This document shows positions 1 through 13,171 of a stretch of 64,000 nucleotides of DNA, piece after piece (the stretch's first letter is position 1; each line of letters starts with the position of its first letter). The notes below the pieces were generated by a model, which saw nothing but the letters and a program-made list of their open reading frames with translations, made no database searches and had not been told where the DNA came from. A program made the position numbers and the translations under genes. The stretch is from Monocercomonoides exilis PA203 (taxonomy: Eukaryota; Protista; Preaxostyla), in assembly GCA_001643675.2 (NCBI GenBank), contig LSRY02000039.1, forward strand, positions 496,001-560,000, written 5' to 3'.

Positions 1-1
1 G

Positions 2-1003
2 GAAGACAACGATGGCTGGATGACCGACGCAATATTAAGAAGATACGCAGAAGATGTTCTCCTTCCAGGAATCGTGGAAAGACGAACTCTTTTGAACAAA
101 GATGTTGAAAGATGCCTTCTTCTGCTGGACTCTCATCCATCGAGAGTTCAGCCTGACATTTGGTGAAAATTCTTTGATGCCTCCATCGACGTGGTAACTT
201 TCATCCCTCACAACACATACCTCACTCAGTCTCTCAACCGTGGAGTATTTGCTTTCTTCAAAAAATGTTTTTACAAGAAATATTTGGGTAATAATTATTG
301 AAATCATATTTTTCCTGTCAAAATTTTCTGTTTGAATTTGCGTCACCTATATTTTTCAATGAACACTTCAATGTGAAAACACTGTTGTATTTCAAATCTG
401 CTTTCATATCCATATCAAACTTTGACTAGTGTTATAATTCTGAAACATTTATTATCAAAAAGAACATTATTTCGAAATTAACGAAAAACTTTTCAAAAAA
501 CAATTCCCCGAAAAAAGTTATGATTTCAGAAACAATCACCCATTTCGTCACTTCTTCGTCATCTGTCTCTCTTCGAATAAAAGCAATTGCAGATGCCCTT
601 TCTCAGGCTTTGCAAACAGCATTATTGACTGAAACAATGGTTTCATCGTTCATCAAAAGTGGAGTGTTATCAAGCCAATGGCATGCTGTACTTTCCACTA
701 AACCTGATGAGCCTTCTGTCACACTGAAGATAAAGAACCACAGATTTGATTTTCATGGAAAAATAATTACCGACCAAGATTTTTTGGATGAATGGAGAAA
801 TCAAATGAAAATGAAAGAAGAGAAGACAATGAATGATGATAATGAAAAAGCTGTGGAAAAAAAATTGTTTGATGACGAAAAACCAAAGAAAAGGAAAACT
901 CCACGAAAAAAAGTTTTTTTGATGATAATTCTGTAGATGAAAAAAAACAAGAAAATTCCAGAAAAATAGTCAAGAGAGAGATGATTAACTATATTTATTA
1001 CTA
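2..1003 (+). pseudogene. DDE_1 (pogo/Fot1-type) transposase pseudogene, C-terminal half
   Basis: Frame 2 reads EDNDGWMTDAILRRYAEDVLLPGIVERR...CLLLLDSHPSRVQPDIW*KFF...TQSLNRGVF. It is interrupted by the MITE at 285-542 and resumes as FVTSSSSVSLRIKAIADALSQALQTA, collinear with the 18663-19448 paralogue. Confidence 0.9.
285..542 (+). mobile_element. MITE, ~258-bp TGGGTGATT family, copy 1
   Basis: TIRs tgggtaataattattgaaatcata / tatgatttcagaaacaatcaccca. Removing it plus a 2-bp duplication restores the transposase frame without a gap. Confidence 0.9.
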
Positions 1004-1076
1004 GTGTCCTTTTTTTTTTTTTTGATACAAATATGCTTTCGTGAAATAAAAATTTTTTTATTTTTTCATTCCCATA

Positions 1077-1334
1077 TGTGTAATTATTTTTGAAATCATA
1101 TTATCTCAATCAAATATTTTCGTTTTGAATTCATTTTGAATATCAACAAAAAAACACATAAAAACATGCATAGGCTTAATCAAAATATCTTCATTTTCAT
1201 TGAAGTGAAAACATTTGTTATCAAAACAGTTGTGACAATTTTAGCATTTGATAACAAAATCTCTTCTCAAAAACTTTTAATCTTTGAAAAATCGACACCC
1301 CGAAAAAAGATATGATTTCAAAAATAATCACCCA
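1077..1334 (+). mobile_element. MITE, ~258-bp family, copy 2
   Basis: TA-tgtgtaattatttttgaaatcata ... tatgatttcaaaaataatcaccca-TA; 258 bp; shares the subterminal ccccgaaaaaag motif. Confidence 0.9.
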
Positions 1335-1566
1335 TATAAAAAAATATCCGGATAAAAAAACTACCCTATTTTATTTTTGAAAATCTTTGAATTCAATATT
1401 CGAGTGTTTTCATTTTAGAAAATATTGAAGGAACAATTTCATAAAAAGATATAAAAAATTCGTAATTGTTTTTTATTCTCAATTAACAGGGAAAAAAAGA
1501 AATATAGTTTTTTATTTCTTATTTGTTAATATGAGAAAGTCCAATTGCTCTATGAATTTTTGCAAA

Positions 1567-1744
1567 TGGGTGATTATTTTTGAAAACATAACTTTTTTCG
1601 GGGAGCTTATTTTTTCAGATATTGTTTGTATTTGGGAAGAGATTTTGTGTTCAAATGCAAAATTCATCATGACTGGTTTTATAACAATTTTTTCAGCACA
1701 TATAAAAAGGCTGATGTCTATTATTTGTCTTTTCATTTTTCAGC

Positions 1745-1784
<40 letters not shown>

Positions 1785-1854
1785 CGATATTCGAGGGAAA
1801 CTTACGAACCGTAATTTTTGATTGAAGAAATATGCTTTCAAAAATTATTACACA
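1567..1854 (-). mobile_element. MITE, ~258-bp family, copy 3 (inverted, lengthened by a poly-T run)
   Basis: tgggtgattatttttgaaaacata ... tatgctttcaaaaattattacaca-TA; internal cttttttcgggg is the reverse complement of the family motif. Confidence 0.8.
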
Positions 1855-2219
1855 TATTTTTTTATTCAAAATCACAATTCGAACTGTTTTTGATTTTTCA
1901 GAAAACAACACTCATCAAAATGATCAAATGAAATACAAAAATAATTAGTATTATCAATACATCTTAAATACCAAATGTTGTTATATTATTAATTCAATTT
2001 TATATGTTGATAATTATGGAGCCAAAGGTCATAAAATTCTTAAATCTGAAACATATGAAAAAAAACGTAAAATACTTTCGGAATATGCACACTTCTGGAA
2101 AAATGTTTTTTATCCCATTTGAAAATCATGTCACAAAAAATTCTTTATAAATACAACAAAAAAACTTGAATAAAACACGATATTTATTTTCGATTCAAAA
2201 ATGGGTTTCAACAAAGATA

Positions 2220-2474
2220 TGGGTGATTATTTTTGAAATCATAACTATTTTCGGGGAATTGATATTTCAAAGGTTGTTTGTCTTTGACAAAAAATATTTT
2301 CTTTCAAATGAAAAATGTTTTGCTTTTTTTAAGGAGCCAATGTTTGAGATTTGTTCATAACAAAATATTCAATAAATGAAAGATAATATTTAGGTATTCA
2401 TTTGATTATACACAATCCGAATTTTTTTCCTAAAATTTTTATAGAAAAAACATGAAATCAAAAATAATCACACA
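2220..2474 (-). mobile_element. MITE, ~258-bp family, copy 4 (inverted)
   Basis: TA-tgggtgattatttttgaaatcata ... catgaaatcaaaaataatcacaca; 255 bp. Confidence 0.85.
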
Positions 2475-2634
2475 TGTGGAATTCTTGTTGCATTAGAGTT
2501 TTTGAAAATTTATAATGATTTTTTCAATTCAAAATATGAACAACTGTGTTGAAGAAGATATCGAACCTTTCACAAGCAATGTTAAAAAAGATTATTTCTT
2601 TTTCTTTTTTTCTTTGCTTTTTCTTTTATCTTTT

Positions 2635-4010
2635 ATGGATCACCTGAGATTGAAATAAATGAAACAAATTCACTTTCGTTTTATGACAAACATCTAGTGA
2701 ACGATCAATTGATTCATCATGAATTTGGATCACATCAGTTAATCAAAGGTTCAATATTTAATGGTGGTACTTTTTATTTCGGGTAATCTGACATTGAAAA
2801 TTTAAACAATTCAAATGATGTATATAATGGAGAAATAGATATGGAATCCATCAACGAAAATTTTTCTCATTCATCATTCAAAGATATTAAAAGCACATAT
2901 GGGTCAAATGGTGATGATCAGGATCAATGGCTTTTAACATCAAAAGACACATCGATCGGCCAGAATTCAGCGCCTACAAGCTGTTATCCTTTACAGAATT
3001 TTGGTAATACCTGTTATTTGGCTTCTTTGATTCAAGTGTTCAGATCAATATATCAATATTTTGATCACTTCGAAGTTAAAAATGTATCAAAGAATTCATA
3101 TTTTGACAACTTAATTCAACTTGTTTCGACATATAAAGAGCAGTAAATGCGGTTTCAACTCAAACATCAACTCAAAATGTACACTATCATTTGTCAAACT
3201 ATGGGAAAATGAACACCGTTTTTTCAAAGGAAATCAGCAAGAATTCTATGAGGCATTTCTGAATATCTTCAGTGATTTCTCATATACAACTCCAGCCCTT
3301 TCAAAAGAAATGTGTGTTCAGATTAATTTCGCCAAAAAGTACTCAGTTTGTGACAGTTTTTCATTCGGTTTTTTAGAAACCTCTCCAATTATTCATTTGA
3401 ATGGTGATGATATTGTCAAATCATTGTACAAATGGGGGAAAATACGGATTATCAAGCTTTTTATGCACAAGGCATAGAAAAATTGCATCGCTCATAACTT
3501 TATTTCACTTTCTCAGATTTCATAATAAATTTGATTATCATATCCGTAAACATGCATCGTTGATATTAAAGCATCAAGTTTTCCAACATTTCACGAATGG
3601 TAAAAAATGGACACATTTTTATTGTGTATTTTGACAAGAAAAAGTTAATGAAAAGTGTATATTTTTTTAATGAAATTACCTGAAGTGACATATTTTGCCC
3701 CATATCTTTCCAGTACATTCCATCAAATCATTTCAACAAAGATACATTTTTTCAAAAATACAAACAAAACACTAATCATTTCTTTATTTTCAATTTTATT
3801 CAGTTTCCTAATATTTTAGCCATTTCGTTTTATTCTAAAAATGTCAACAGAGAGAACATGTTGAATACACGTTTTTGTCTGTTATTTTCTAAAGAAAAAG
3901 AGGGCTATAAATGTTGCAGTTGATTTATTGAAATGAGCATTAATCAACAGTTTGGTTTCTTTTTTATTCTTTTAAGGTAATAACGAAACCTGGCATTTTT
4001 TCACTATATC
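2635..4010 (+). pseudogene. Ubiquitin-specific protease (peptidase C19) pseudogene
   Basis: Cys box YPLQNFGNTCYLASLIQVF in ORF 2841-3146 and QQD-box-like GNQQEFYEAF in frameshifted ORF 3121-3477. A possible decayed His box GNNETWHFFT lies near 3977-4010. Stops and frameshifts are present, and the boundaries are approximate. Confidence 0.7.
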
Positions 4011-4057
4011 CATGAATCAAATTGAAGTGATCGTTCCTTCATCTAGTCATGAAGGTT

Positions 4058-4106
<49 letters not shown>

Positions 4107-4644
4107 CTTTTCATTATTAATATTAATTTTTTTTTTTTATTTTGCTGTAGAATTTCAATAATACAACAAAATATAATATCCATCATTCGAAAAATTTTAA
4201 AAAATTCAAAAAGAATTGAGTTCTGAAAAAAAAACATTGACATTTCGAAACATATTCACTATTTACAAAACATTTATTTCAGGATGTCAGTATGTTGAAA
4301 GCATTGAAAAAGTTATTACGTTTAATCACACTCGAATGATGAACAATTTAATATCAATGAATGGATTTGTCAAGAGTTGTGAAATCAAATGGTTATTATT
4401 TTGAAATTGTTAAAAAAAATGAATGGAACAATGGTATTTTCAAGATTTTTTCGAATGAACTTCGAATTCAATAATTTAATCAAGATTCTATAAAAATATA
4501 TTTCAAGTATTTGCTTTAGGTTTTTTGCTTTGCAAACCACAATTTGAGAAATAAATGGTCTAGCTTTGAACAATAAATGACCTGAACAATTAATACCCAT
4601 TTGATAAAAAAAATAATGCAGATTCAGAAATATAAAAAAATTAA

Positions 4645-4676
<32 letters not shown>

Positions 4677-4745
4677 AAAAAAAAATAAAAAAACGAAGTG
4701 CATACAGCTGAACCACCATAACCTGATTAAAATCAAAATGTTGAT

Positions 4746-5900
4746 GTGATGCTTCCTCAAATTGAATTCCAAAATAAAAAGAGAAAAAGATGGAGCCCTG
4801 CAACAAATCCACCGAATCCAACAAAAATTCAAAAGCCTTTCGTTCAATTGACAGAAAATATGAGGAATATGCTGAAGCAAGACAAAAATGAAAAAAAGAC
4901 GTTGTTCATTCAATTGAAAAAATACAACATTGGTATTTCCACTTCATCAAGATTTGTAAATGAAGTTCAACCACCCAAACCACGTGGAGTGCATGTCAAT
5001 GAAAGAATTACGTCAGACGCATCATAGAAAATGGCAAAAATGATACTTGAAAACCCAACAATTACTGTACGAGAATTATCAGAATCCGTGTCAGATCTTT
5101 GCTAGTCAAGACCTTCAATTTCCACGATTCCAAGACATGTTTAATCAAACAAAATGATTGAACATGGATGTTCGAAGTTCGCAATTAAAATGTCGCACAA
5201 ATATGAAAATGCAAGAGCTAGTCCTGCTGCAATAGAACAACCAAATGAACACTCCAAGAAAATCATGCAAAACTTAGCGGAAGGAAAAATTATGAATTAC
5301 ATTGATGAGACAAGATTAAAAACTTTTGAGCTTCAAACTGAAGGAAGATCTCCTGTCGGAATAAGATTCATTCAGTTCAGAGACAAAACAAATGTTGAAA
5401 CTGCAACTGCAATCGCAGCAATCATCGAATAACTTGGGATTCCTCATCTAACATTTGTTGAAGGGAGCTTTAATGAAGATATCTCACAAGTATTTCTCCA
5501 TTCATTGATGACAAAATTGAAACCGTTCAAATCGGAATCATGTGTATTCGTTATGGATAACGTTGGATTGCACAAAACAGAGAAAGTTAGAAATTTCATT
5601 ACATCAAAGAATTATCAAACACTTAACACTGCTCCAAACAGTTGAGAGCTGAATCCAATTGAATATGTGTACAAAATTTGGAAGTTACGATTAAAGATAC
5701 CTTCAAACATTCACACAAGCGCTCAACTGGTCGTGTTTCTTGCAGACTCGTTGAGAATAATAAAAAGAAAAGATGTTAATAGGTTCATAAAATATGTGCA
5801 ATCACATTTCATTCCATGAGCTCAACAAGGAAAAGACTTGTGCGATTCATGCTGCAAATTGATTTCTGATTTCGATGAATTGAAAGAATAAGAAATCACT
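4746..5900 (+). pseudogene. Tc1/IS630-family DD34E transposase pseudogene
   Basis: HTH-like ENPTITVRELS, YIDET, FVMDNVGLHK, and TAPNS*ELNPIEYV with 34 residues between D and E. Several stops and frameshifts; TIRs not identified. Confidence 0.85.
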
Positions 5901-6811
5901 GAAAACAATTGTGAAAATCTAAAATGTTCTTTATTAATCAATTTTGCTGCAATTTTTTCATCTCACAATAAAGTTAATTTTTGATAGTATTTTTAACTCT
6001 TAAACAAATTTTTTTTTTATTCGTTTCTTTTCAATATAAAAAGAAGCTCAGAAAAAAGAAAACAATATTATTATTTCATTTTAATCATTTTTATATTTCT
6101 CCAAAATTCAAATTTGAGAGAAAAAAAACTTTATAAACCAAATATTGAAAATATAATCAAAAATAATGTTCACGTTTTGTTTAATGATCATTCTTAATCA
6201 TATTTTTATTAATATAATAAAAAAATACTCACAAATAAATTATGACAAACAACAACTTCTTGCAATAACATTCTTTATTCAAAAAATAATTAATCATTTT
6301 TATAAATTTAAAAGAAAAACGAGTCAATTTTAAAAAATCTGAAAATCCAACCACAAATATTAAATGAATAATTAGTGATTTATTTTTTCCGAAAATATTT
6401 TAAATCAACAATTTTAATAATTATTCAAAAAGAATTGAAAAAGAAAAAATTGAAATAATAAAAATTATAAAACCTAATTTTAACATCAATTTTCTTTTAA
6501 ATTCTAGATATAATGAAACATATAATGTCATAACACAAAAAATGAATTCTTTATATATTATTTATTTATTCTTAATGGAAATGTTTAATCTTATATAAAA
6601 CAGAATTAATTATTTAGTTTATTCAATGTATTGATTAATTGTGAAATCAGGAATGAATTTAAATTGTATATTAGATAAGTGATATTTCGATCAATTTTTC
6701 ATTCAGCAATGATAAAATCATTTTATTTTGAAAAAGTGTAATGATAAAATTTTGATGAAAATGGATTCGCTCCTTGAAACATGAAGTTGAAAATAAGTGA
6801 AAAATGAATTT

Positions 6812-7320
6812 TTAAGAAAATATGTGATGAAAGTTATAAATTTGTTTTTGCACTTTGTTGAGAGTCATGACAAATGAAACTTTTGCAGGAAATTGAATTT
6901 TCTTCATCGAAAACAAAATTGTATTATCTCTAAAAGTTAGCAACATTGGAGATATTATTAATTTTCTTTGTTTTGTACAATCCGGAAATATTAATGAGCA
7001 ATCAATTAAATTTTCACCTTTCATTTCCACAATCAGTCTTGTTCGGTTGCATAAACCATTTGACATGTCCAGATTGCGCATCAGAATGACTATTGCCCCC
7101 ACCTTTAATTTCAGTTCATGTGGAGGAAGTCCCGAAGGAGTTAAATTGTTGATGAATTCAGTTGTGAAAGAAACTCTGTTATGAATTGGATTATAAAATT
7201 CGACTGAGTCAATGCTTGTGTAAGTTTATGTTCAGAATGAATCAAATTCAAAATTTCATCATTGATTTTTGAAGTTGTCTTCATTTTTCGTTCATAAAAT
7301 ACATCTTTCTAACAAATTAT
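6812..7320 (-). pseudogene. PIF1-family helicase C-terminal fragment (Helitron RepHel remnant)
   Basis: EFINNLTPSGLPPHELKLKVGAIVILMRNLDMSNGLCNRTRL ... IQFPAKVSFVMTLNKVQKQ match the Helitron/PIF1 motifs LPPH..LK.G, GLCNGTRL and QFP...AMTINKSQGQ in decayed form. Confidence 0.88.
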
Positions 7321-9282
7321 CGTGATTGCTTGTATTACAGTTATCATCAGAGATATTGAATATCAGCTTCAGATCCATCTCGATTAGGTCAATCAATATT
7401 ATCCATTTATTAATATCTGATGGTTGTTATTATCTTGTAAATAAGGTGGATGGGCAATGATAATTTGATTGAGATCGATGATGATTGCTGATACTCTAAC
7501 TGGTTATCATGATTAGATATTCAGTGATGTTCTATAAAGAAGGAGTCATTGATAGGTGTTATCGAGATATATCAAAAGCCGATATACCATATCTCCAAGG
7601 AGGAGAATTAGCCCAAAGATTAGCTGAAAGTGTCGAAGATGGTGAATTTATGTGAAAATTGGTGATCTCGTTGATGAAATACATGTGTTTGTAATAACAG
7701 GTATTTGCGTTGAACTTGTTGATGTTATAGTTAGTGGATATAACAGGAGAAAGAGTGTCGAAGATGGTGAATAAGTGGTGAAAATAAGTGTGACAATTGA
7801 TGTGATTGTTGATGTTACCGTTGATGTGATCGTTTGTGAAATCGCAAATAAAAATAATTGATTTGGCACTTTCTTTTTGAAAAATCAGAGATCTTCCCGT
7901 AATAGTTTTTTATCAAATAAATAACAATACATCCTAAAACGATAAAGTGCAATTTTCATATTTATCACAAACGAAACACATTTCTTAATTTTTGTTATTT
8001 TCCTCAAACTAAAATAGCTTTCATGAATAAAAATTTTAAAGGAAAATAATTCATTCAGCAAATATTCATATTTTGATCGAAACGATCGCTTGTAATTAAT
8101 GATTTTTCAGGTTTCCAAGTTATATATATTGAATGAACATTTGTTGATCCATTTTATTTTATTTATTTTTTTTTTTTTGATAATAGTTAATAACAAACAA
8201 TAACGAATATTATTATTTATTTTGTTGATAACAGAACGTGTATCAAAAATGAATTAATTTTTTGCATATAATTCACATCAAACATGTATGTTATATAATA
8301 GATTGTGTTTTTCAATTTTGAATTATTTATTTTGAACAAATGGCAAAAACAAATTTATAGTTCTTTTGTTTCTTCAAAACCAACGATAAATAATTAATGA
8401 GAAGATCGTAATTTTAATAAAGGTTTGTTTTGGTACTGGATAATATATCATACAATCTGATTCATTCACTTAATTATTAATGAAATCCATTTTGACTCCT
8501 TGATAGGAGGAGTGAAGATGGCAGCTCAGGTTCAATTCTGGGTTACTGGTGGAGCACTTCACTTGCTTAACAAAATGGACAATCCTCTCAATAGTCAAGC
8601 CAATCTTTTTCCGTTCATTGAATTGTTCCACGAATGCATAATGATCTGCGTTGCACTTCACTTAAACTCTTCTTCTTCTTCTTCTTCTTCTTCTTCTTCT
8701 TCTAACTTCACGATCCATCTACCATTCTCCTCTTTCATCAGCTGCTTTTTTTCCGCTTCAATGGGAAAGTGCAGCAGCAGCTCAGCTGTTGTGAGTCGAT
8801 GCAGAACACGGTGCTCACACCGGGCGGTGACATTCTGTAACAGCAGTATTCACTCAAATAGAGCACTCAGCAGAATACGACTTGCAATGAGAGTGGAAGA
8901 AGCTGATTGCAGAAGAAGAACAATGAGAATGAGAGTGGGAATTGGGATAGGAATGAAAGGGAACATTAACATTGACATTGACAGAACGATCAGGAGATGA
9001 TAGGTCAGATGGAGGATGAGGGAGAAGAAGAGGGAGAAGATGGGAAGCATGGGAGTGAAAATAATGGCAATGAAAAAATGAAAATTGCAGAAAACATCGA
9101 TGGAAATGTTGAGAAATACAATCAAAATGCAGATGAATCTGAAGCAAACAGTTAATAAGAAAAAAATGAGCAAGACTTGTCGAAGAGAGAGCTGCATTCG
9201 TTGGATCATGATTCAAGAGAGGCTGGAGACACTTTGTTGATCATCACCAAACAAGATGAGATAAAGATGAAATGACAGAAAA

Positions 9283-9284
<2 letters not shown>

Positions 9285-9359
<75 letters not shown>
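9285..9359 (+). repeat. poly(A) homopolymer, 75 nt
   Basis: Direct reading of the sequence. Confidence 0.95.
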
Positions 9360-9362
<3 letters not shown>

Positions 9363-9940
9363 AGAAGAAGAAAAAGAGGAAGAGCTGAAAGCATTTGAAT
9401 GGTAAGAGATGGAAGACCATCAGCTGAACATGTGGGTGCATCACTTTGATATCGATGACTTCTTAGAAAACAGCCTCAAAATCGACCGAAGGAGAAGGAG
9501 GAGAAGATGGCAGAGAATAAAAGACGATAAATCAATGGAAGAAAGAAACAAAGAAGCAGCAGCGATCATTCGAACAAGAAAATTATATTGCAAAAACCAG
9601 CTCAGAAGAGCAAAAAGCTGCTTTCTGCGATTCATATGAGCGCGTGCTGGAGGGAAGTGAACTTGCTCATTTAAAGTTTGGATGAGAGGCTGTCGATAAG
9701 AGAAGTGCTGGAGAAGCTGGAAGTGCGTGTGAATGCACAGCCTTCGAGACTCTTCTGCAGGACAGTCGATCAACAGAACGTGTCGAAGCGCAACTCATTC
9801 ACAGCAAACCTGGAGGAGCTCATTGGAATGCTCATTGTCCCATAATATGCAGTGGAGCAACGTTTTTGTTCTTCCTCTCCCAGAAAACGTCAATGCTCTT
9901 CCTCCTCTTCCTCTTCTTCACCGTCTCCCTCTTCTCCTTT

Positions 9941-12720
9941 TTATTTCTTCATTCGTTTCAATTTTTTCTTTCCCATCACTTTTTCCTCCTGAATCACACC
10001 TTCATCCACATCTTCCTCTTCTTCAATGGAAAAATCTTCTTTTGTTGCATTATAGTTGAATTGTTTTTGATCAGTGAGAACTTTGTAAAAAATTGTTTCA
10101 ATGAAGGAATCTTTAATTTCATCATTATCTTCATTTTTATACGATTTTTCAAATGAAAGCTGATAATGAATAATTGTTTGATCTTTTTCATTCTCTTTAA
10201 TGCAATCTTTCAACTTCTCGAATCTCCTTTTAATATTAGGAAATTGTTGACTTAACTGTTGAAACATCTCCTTCATTGAATAAATTGGAGGTTTGTTGAT
10301 TGTTTTTTGAACAAATGAAAAATGGTTTCAAAGGAGATCTTTCTCCATCCACCAACAGGAGAATTGAAAAAAGGAATAACTTCAATATGTGTTTTGGTGG
10401 ATCTCCAACATGAATATGTTTTTATATACTTCACCACAAGCTTCAATATTGTCTTTTGTTTGATTCGGGGAGAGTAATCGATAAAGAATCTCTCCAATCT
10501 TTCATCATCCTTTCTTTCAATTTTTGGGCATGCTTTTTGAAAGAAAGTTATCAAATCTTTGAGAGTGGAGATGTCCTTGCGAGATCTTCGAGCGATTCTC
10601 GCAAAAACTCCAAATTCCCCATCAACCTCGCTTTTCCCGTGATCTTCTGCGAAAAAGGAAAGCGAGGTTGTTTCAAATGTTTTGCAAATGGTTGAAGGCG
10701 GATGAAACAAAAAAAGAGGAAAGCAGTCGTTTCTAAAGTGTGGGCTGCAGTCTGCCCACACTTTCAGATGTGAATGATTATTTATTAATGATAGTAAATT
10801 CTGAAGAGCAATCTTCGAGCAATCGATAGCAAACCGGCTATCTTTCGACAAAACTTCAGAGATGAAATGGAAGCAAGTCTTCGATTTTCCACTCTTCTTA
10901 AAATGATGAATGATTACTCAGAGGTGTGATATTTCTTTTTTTGAATAATAATCTCTGCTTTCTTGAGTTTGTTTAATTGGAAAAGTCCAATTTTGTTTGA
11001 AATCGAATAAAGCCAAAAACTTATTATCTTGAAAATTCGCGACTTCTTCATAAAACTTCTTGCTCTGAAACTTTTGAATAGTGCAATGAAAATTAAGTGT
11101 TTCGATTTCTTGTAATTCTGATTTTTTAAATTTTTGTTTTTTCTTTCCTTTCCAAATATTCTATTCTAACGCACAGATTACACATATAGGTTCTTCTTTT
11201 TGCTATTTCAATGTTAACAGCCAATCTGTAGAATAATGATCTACAAATTTTTGCATCAATTTCATGTTTCATTCTTCTGAATAATTCATCTTCTGAACCA
11301 AAGAATATCCTCTTTTCTCCTTTAAACCATTTACAAAGACTTTCATCAGTATTCTTCAAAAAATTGTTTGTTTACATTTCTTTTTCAAATAATTATCTAT
11401 ATTCTTGAACAAATATTTCTCTTTTTGAAGATCACTTTATTTGAATGAATGAGGAAATTAATTTATTTATTTGATTTGTGATTTAATATTTCAGAAAACA
11501 AACTTATCTGATAACTCGGAAATTCAAGCATTGGTATTCATTAAATATATCATTCAAAAGACGAATCAACAATCGCACAACTTGAAAAGCGTGATGACAA
11601 AACAGGTTCATTGAGAATTTCATCTAAATGCCTGTCGAAAGAAAAAAAAGAAGCAGATGAAGGAGGCGTTGCTGTGAAGCCTGCCGGATTGAGCTGAAGC
11701 GGAGGAAATGATGAAGATGAAATCAGAGAATGTGCAGAGCAGAATCGATTATGTTTGTTCAGATGAATATGATCAAAACAAAATATGTTTTTTTTTTTTT
11801 TTTTTTTTTTTTTTTATTTGGAGTATTTTCTTGATATCTTGATGTTTGTTGAATACGAGAATGAGTTTTTGGAATTTCCTCAAAATAAACCTTATGTATT
11901 TATTGTTGATCTTAATGAACAAGACAATTTCAATTTGAGCGTTCAGCTTTTTTCTCTTTTTTTGATTGGTTGAAACTTTGAAACGGAGAATGCATTAGAA
12001 TGAGTTTGAATCTCTTCAAAATTGAAGAAAATTGGTGATGATTGTTGATCAATTATTGTTGGATGATGATATGAGTTTAAGAATTCAAAGTCATCATCTG
12101 AAAAATCTTGGAATATTTTTGTTTCTTGAATGTTTTGTTCTTTGCGGCTTTCACTTGTATCCTTCCTTTACAACCATTCACATAAATTGAAATTAAAAAA
12201 ACTCAATGCTGATGTATCCAAATAGCTTTAAATGAGAAATGAAATAAAAAACGAACGTTTTATTCTTCTGTGAATCTTCGGTTTGCTTGCTGGAATTATT
12301 TCAAAATTGTGAGTTTTCAACATTCGTTCAGCGTGTAAAATGTTGTTTACTGTGCAATTCCAGCCAGCTTTTATTAGTTCAGTTGCAGAAAATAATCTCA
12401 AAAATGTTTGTAACAAGAGCCTTTTTTATTTTTTTTGTCTAATATATCGCACAATGAGCCAGCGTAAATTAGAATATTTTCCATTTTGTCTATTCAATCA
12501 AAAGAAGAGAAAACAAAAAAATGTAACAAAATAAAAACATATTGATATTACTATTCAATTTATTGTTAAGCAATTCAAAAATTTCCTTTCCATTTCTTGA
12601 ATGGGACAAAAAGAAAAGAAGAAAAGATGTTTCCTCATTCTTTGAATGAAGTTGAAGAAATTCAAATAGTCTTTTACACAGTTGAGACTTTCTGCTTTCA
12701 GACAAATCTGAAAACGTCAT
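9941..12720 (-). pseudogene. Sola2-like DDD transposase pseudogene, probably intron-containing
   Basis: Motifs in order: AKRRTYMCNLC, LFDFKQNWTF..QESRDYY (~10940-11010), VWADCSPHFRN and FFAEDHGKSEVDGEFG. These resemble Sola2 DFSEN / SDG..QYKN / HGK..DG motifs. Candidate GT-AG introns at 12490-12538 and 12226-12256. The 11380-12200 segment is not explained. Confidence 0.7.
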
Positions 12721-13050
12721 TTATTTTAAAAATAAAATTATTCTAGGTAAATTTTTTGATCTTTTATGAGATCGCAATAAATGTTTTTCGACTTTACAAA
12801 AAGAAAGTTCCATTTTATTTTTTGTTTTATTGTAAATGTGATGGAAGAAGATATACGCAACTGTGGAAGAAGCGAAAGCGACTCAACAGAAACAAATCAA
12901 ACAGTTTCAGGAAAAACGAAAGGAAAAATATCAGCATCACAACGAACATGTATTTGAGAAACAGTAGAAATTGATTAAGATATTGAGGAGAAAGCTAATC
13001 GAAAGTGAAGAGCTGTTTGATGAGTTGATGGAAAAAGTTAATGGTTATTT

Positions 13051-13171
13051 GCCTGGACAGGTTAAGCTGGACAAGTGATGTGTGTTAAGCTATGGTGTGG
13101 AAATATTGGGTGTTATCTCCGTGCTGGAGAGTGGACAGGTGGACAGGACTGGACAGGAAAATTAAATTCTC
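13051..13171 (-). repeat. Cluster of TGGACA(G) motifs ending in AAATTCTC; probable 5' terminus of the Sola-like element
   Basis: Five TGGACA copies in ~110 bp upstream of the transposase. The minus strand would begin GAGAATTT, consistent with the GRG termini of Sola2. No partner TIR found. Confidence 0.45.

Larger units (their letters stand above)
1..1366 (+). mobile_element. pogo/Fot1-like DNA transposon, copy 1 (5' part outside window; two MITEs inserted)
   Basis: Coding remnant is homologous to 18663-19448. A degenerate right TIR aaaaaaatatccggataaaaaaactaccc at 1338-1366 is followed by TA and resembles aaaaaaaagttcgggtttataaatcaccc at 22045-22073, at a similar distance from the stop once the MITE is removed. 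Confidence 0.75.

Noticed and set aside
9285-9359. Long poly(A)/(T) runs as retroposon tails (also 1747, 4063, 13812 and 19508)
   Set aside because: No associated TSDs or LINE/SINE bodies. Some lie inside DNA transposons, consistent with slippage expansion.
8470-9900. Coding-like fragments on both strands
   Set aside because: Probably a decayed host gene, but no recognisable motif or consistent frame supports a call.
13051-13160. CRISPR-like array from repeated TGGACAG
   Set aside because: The repeats are only 6-7 bp and irregularly spaced, in a eukaryotic context with no cas genes.
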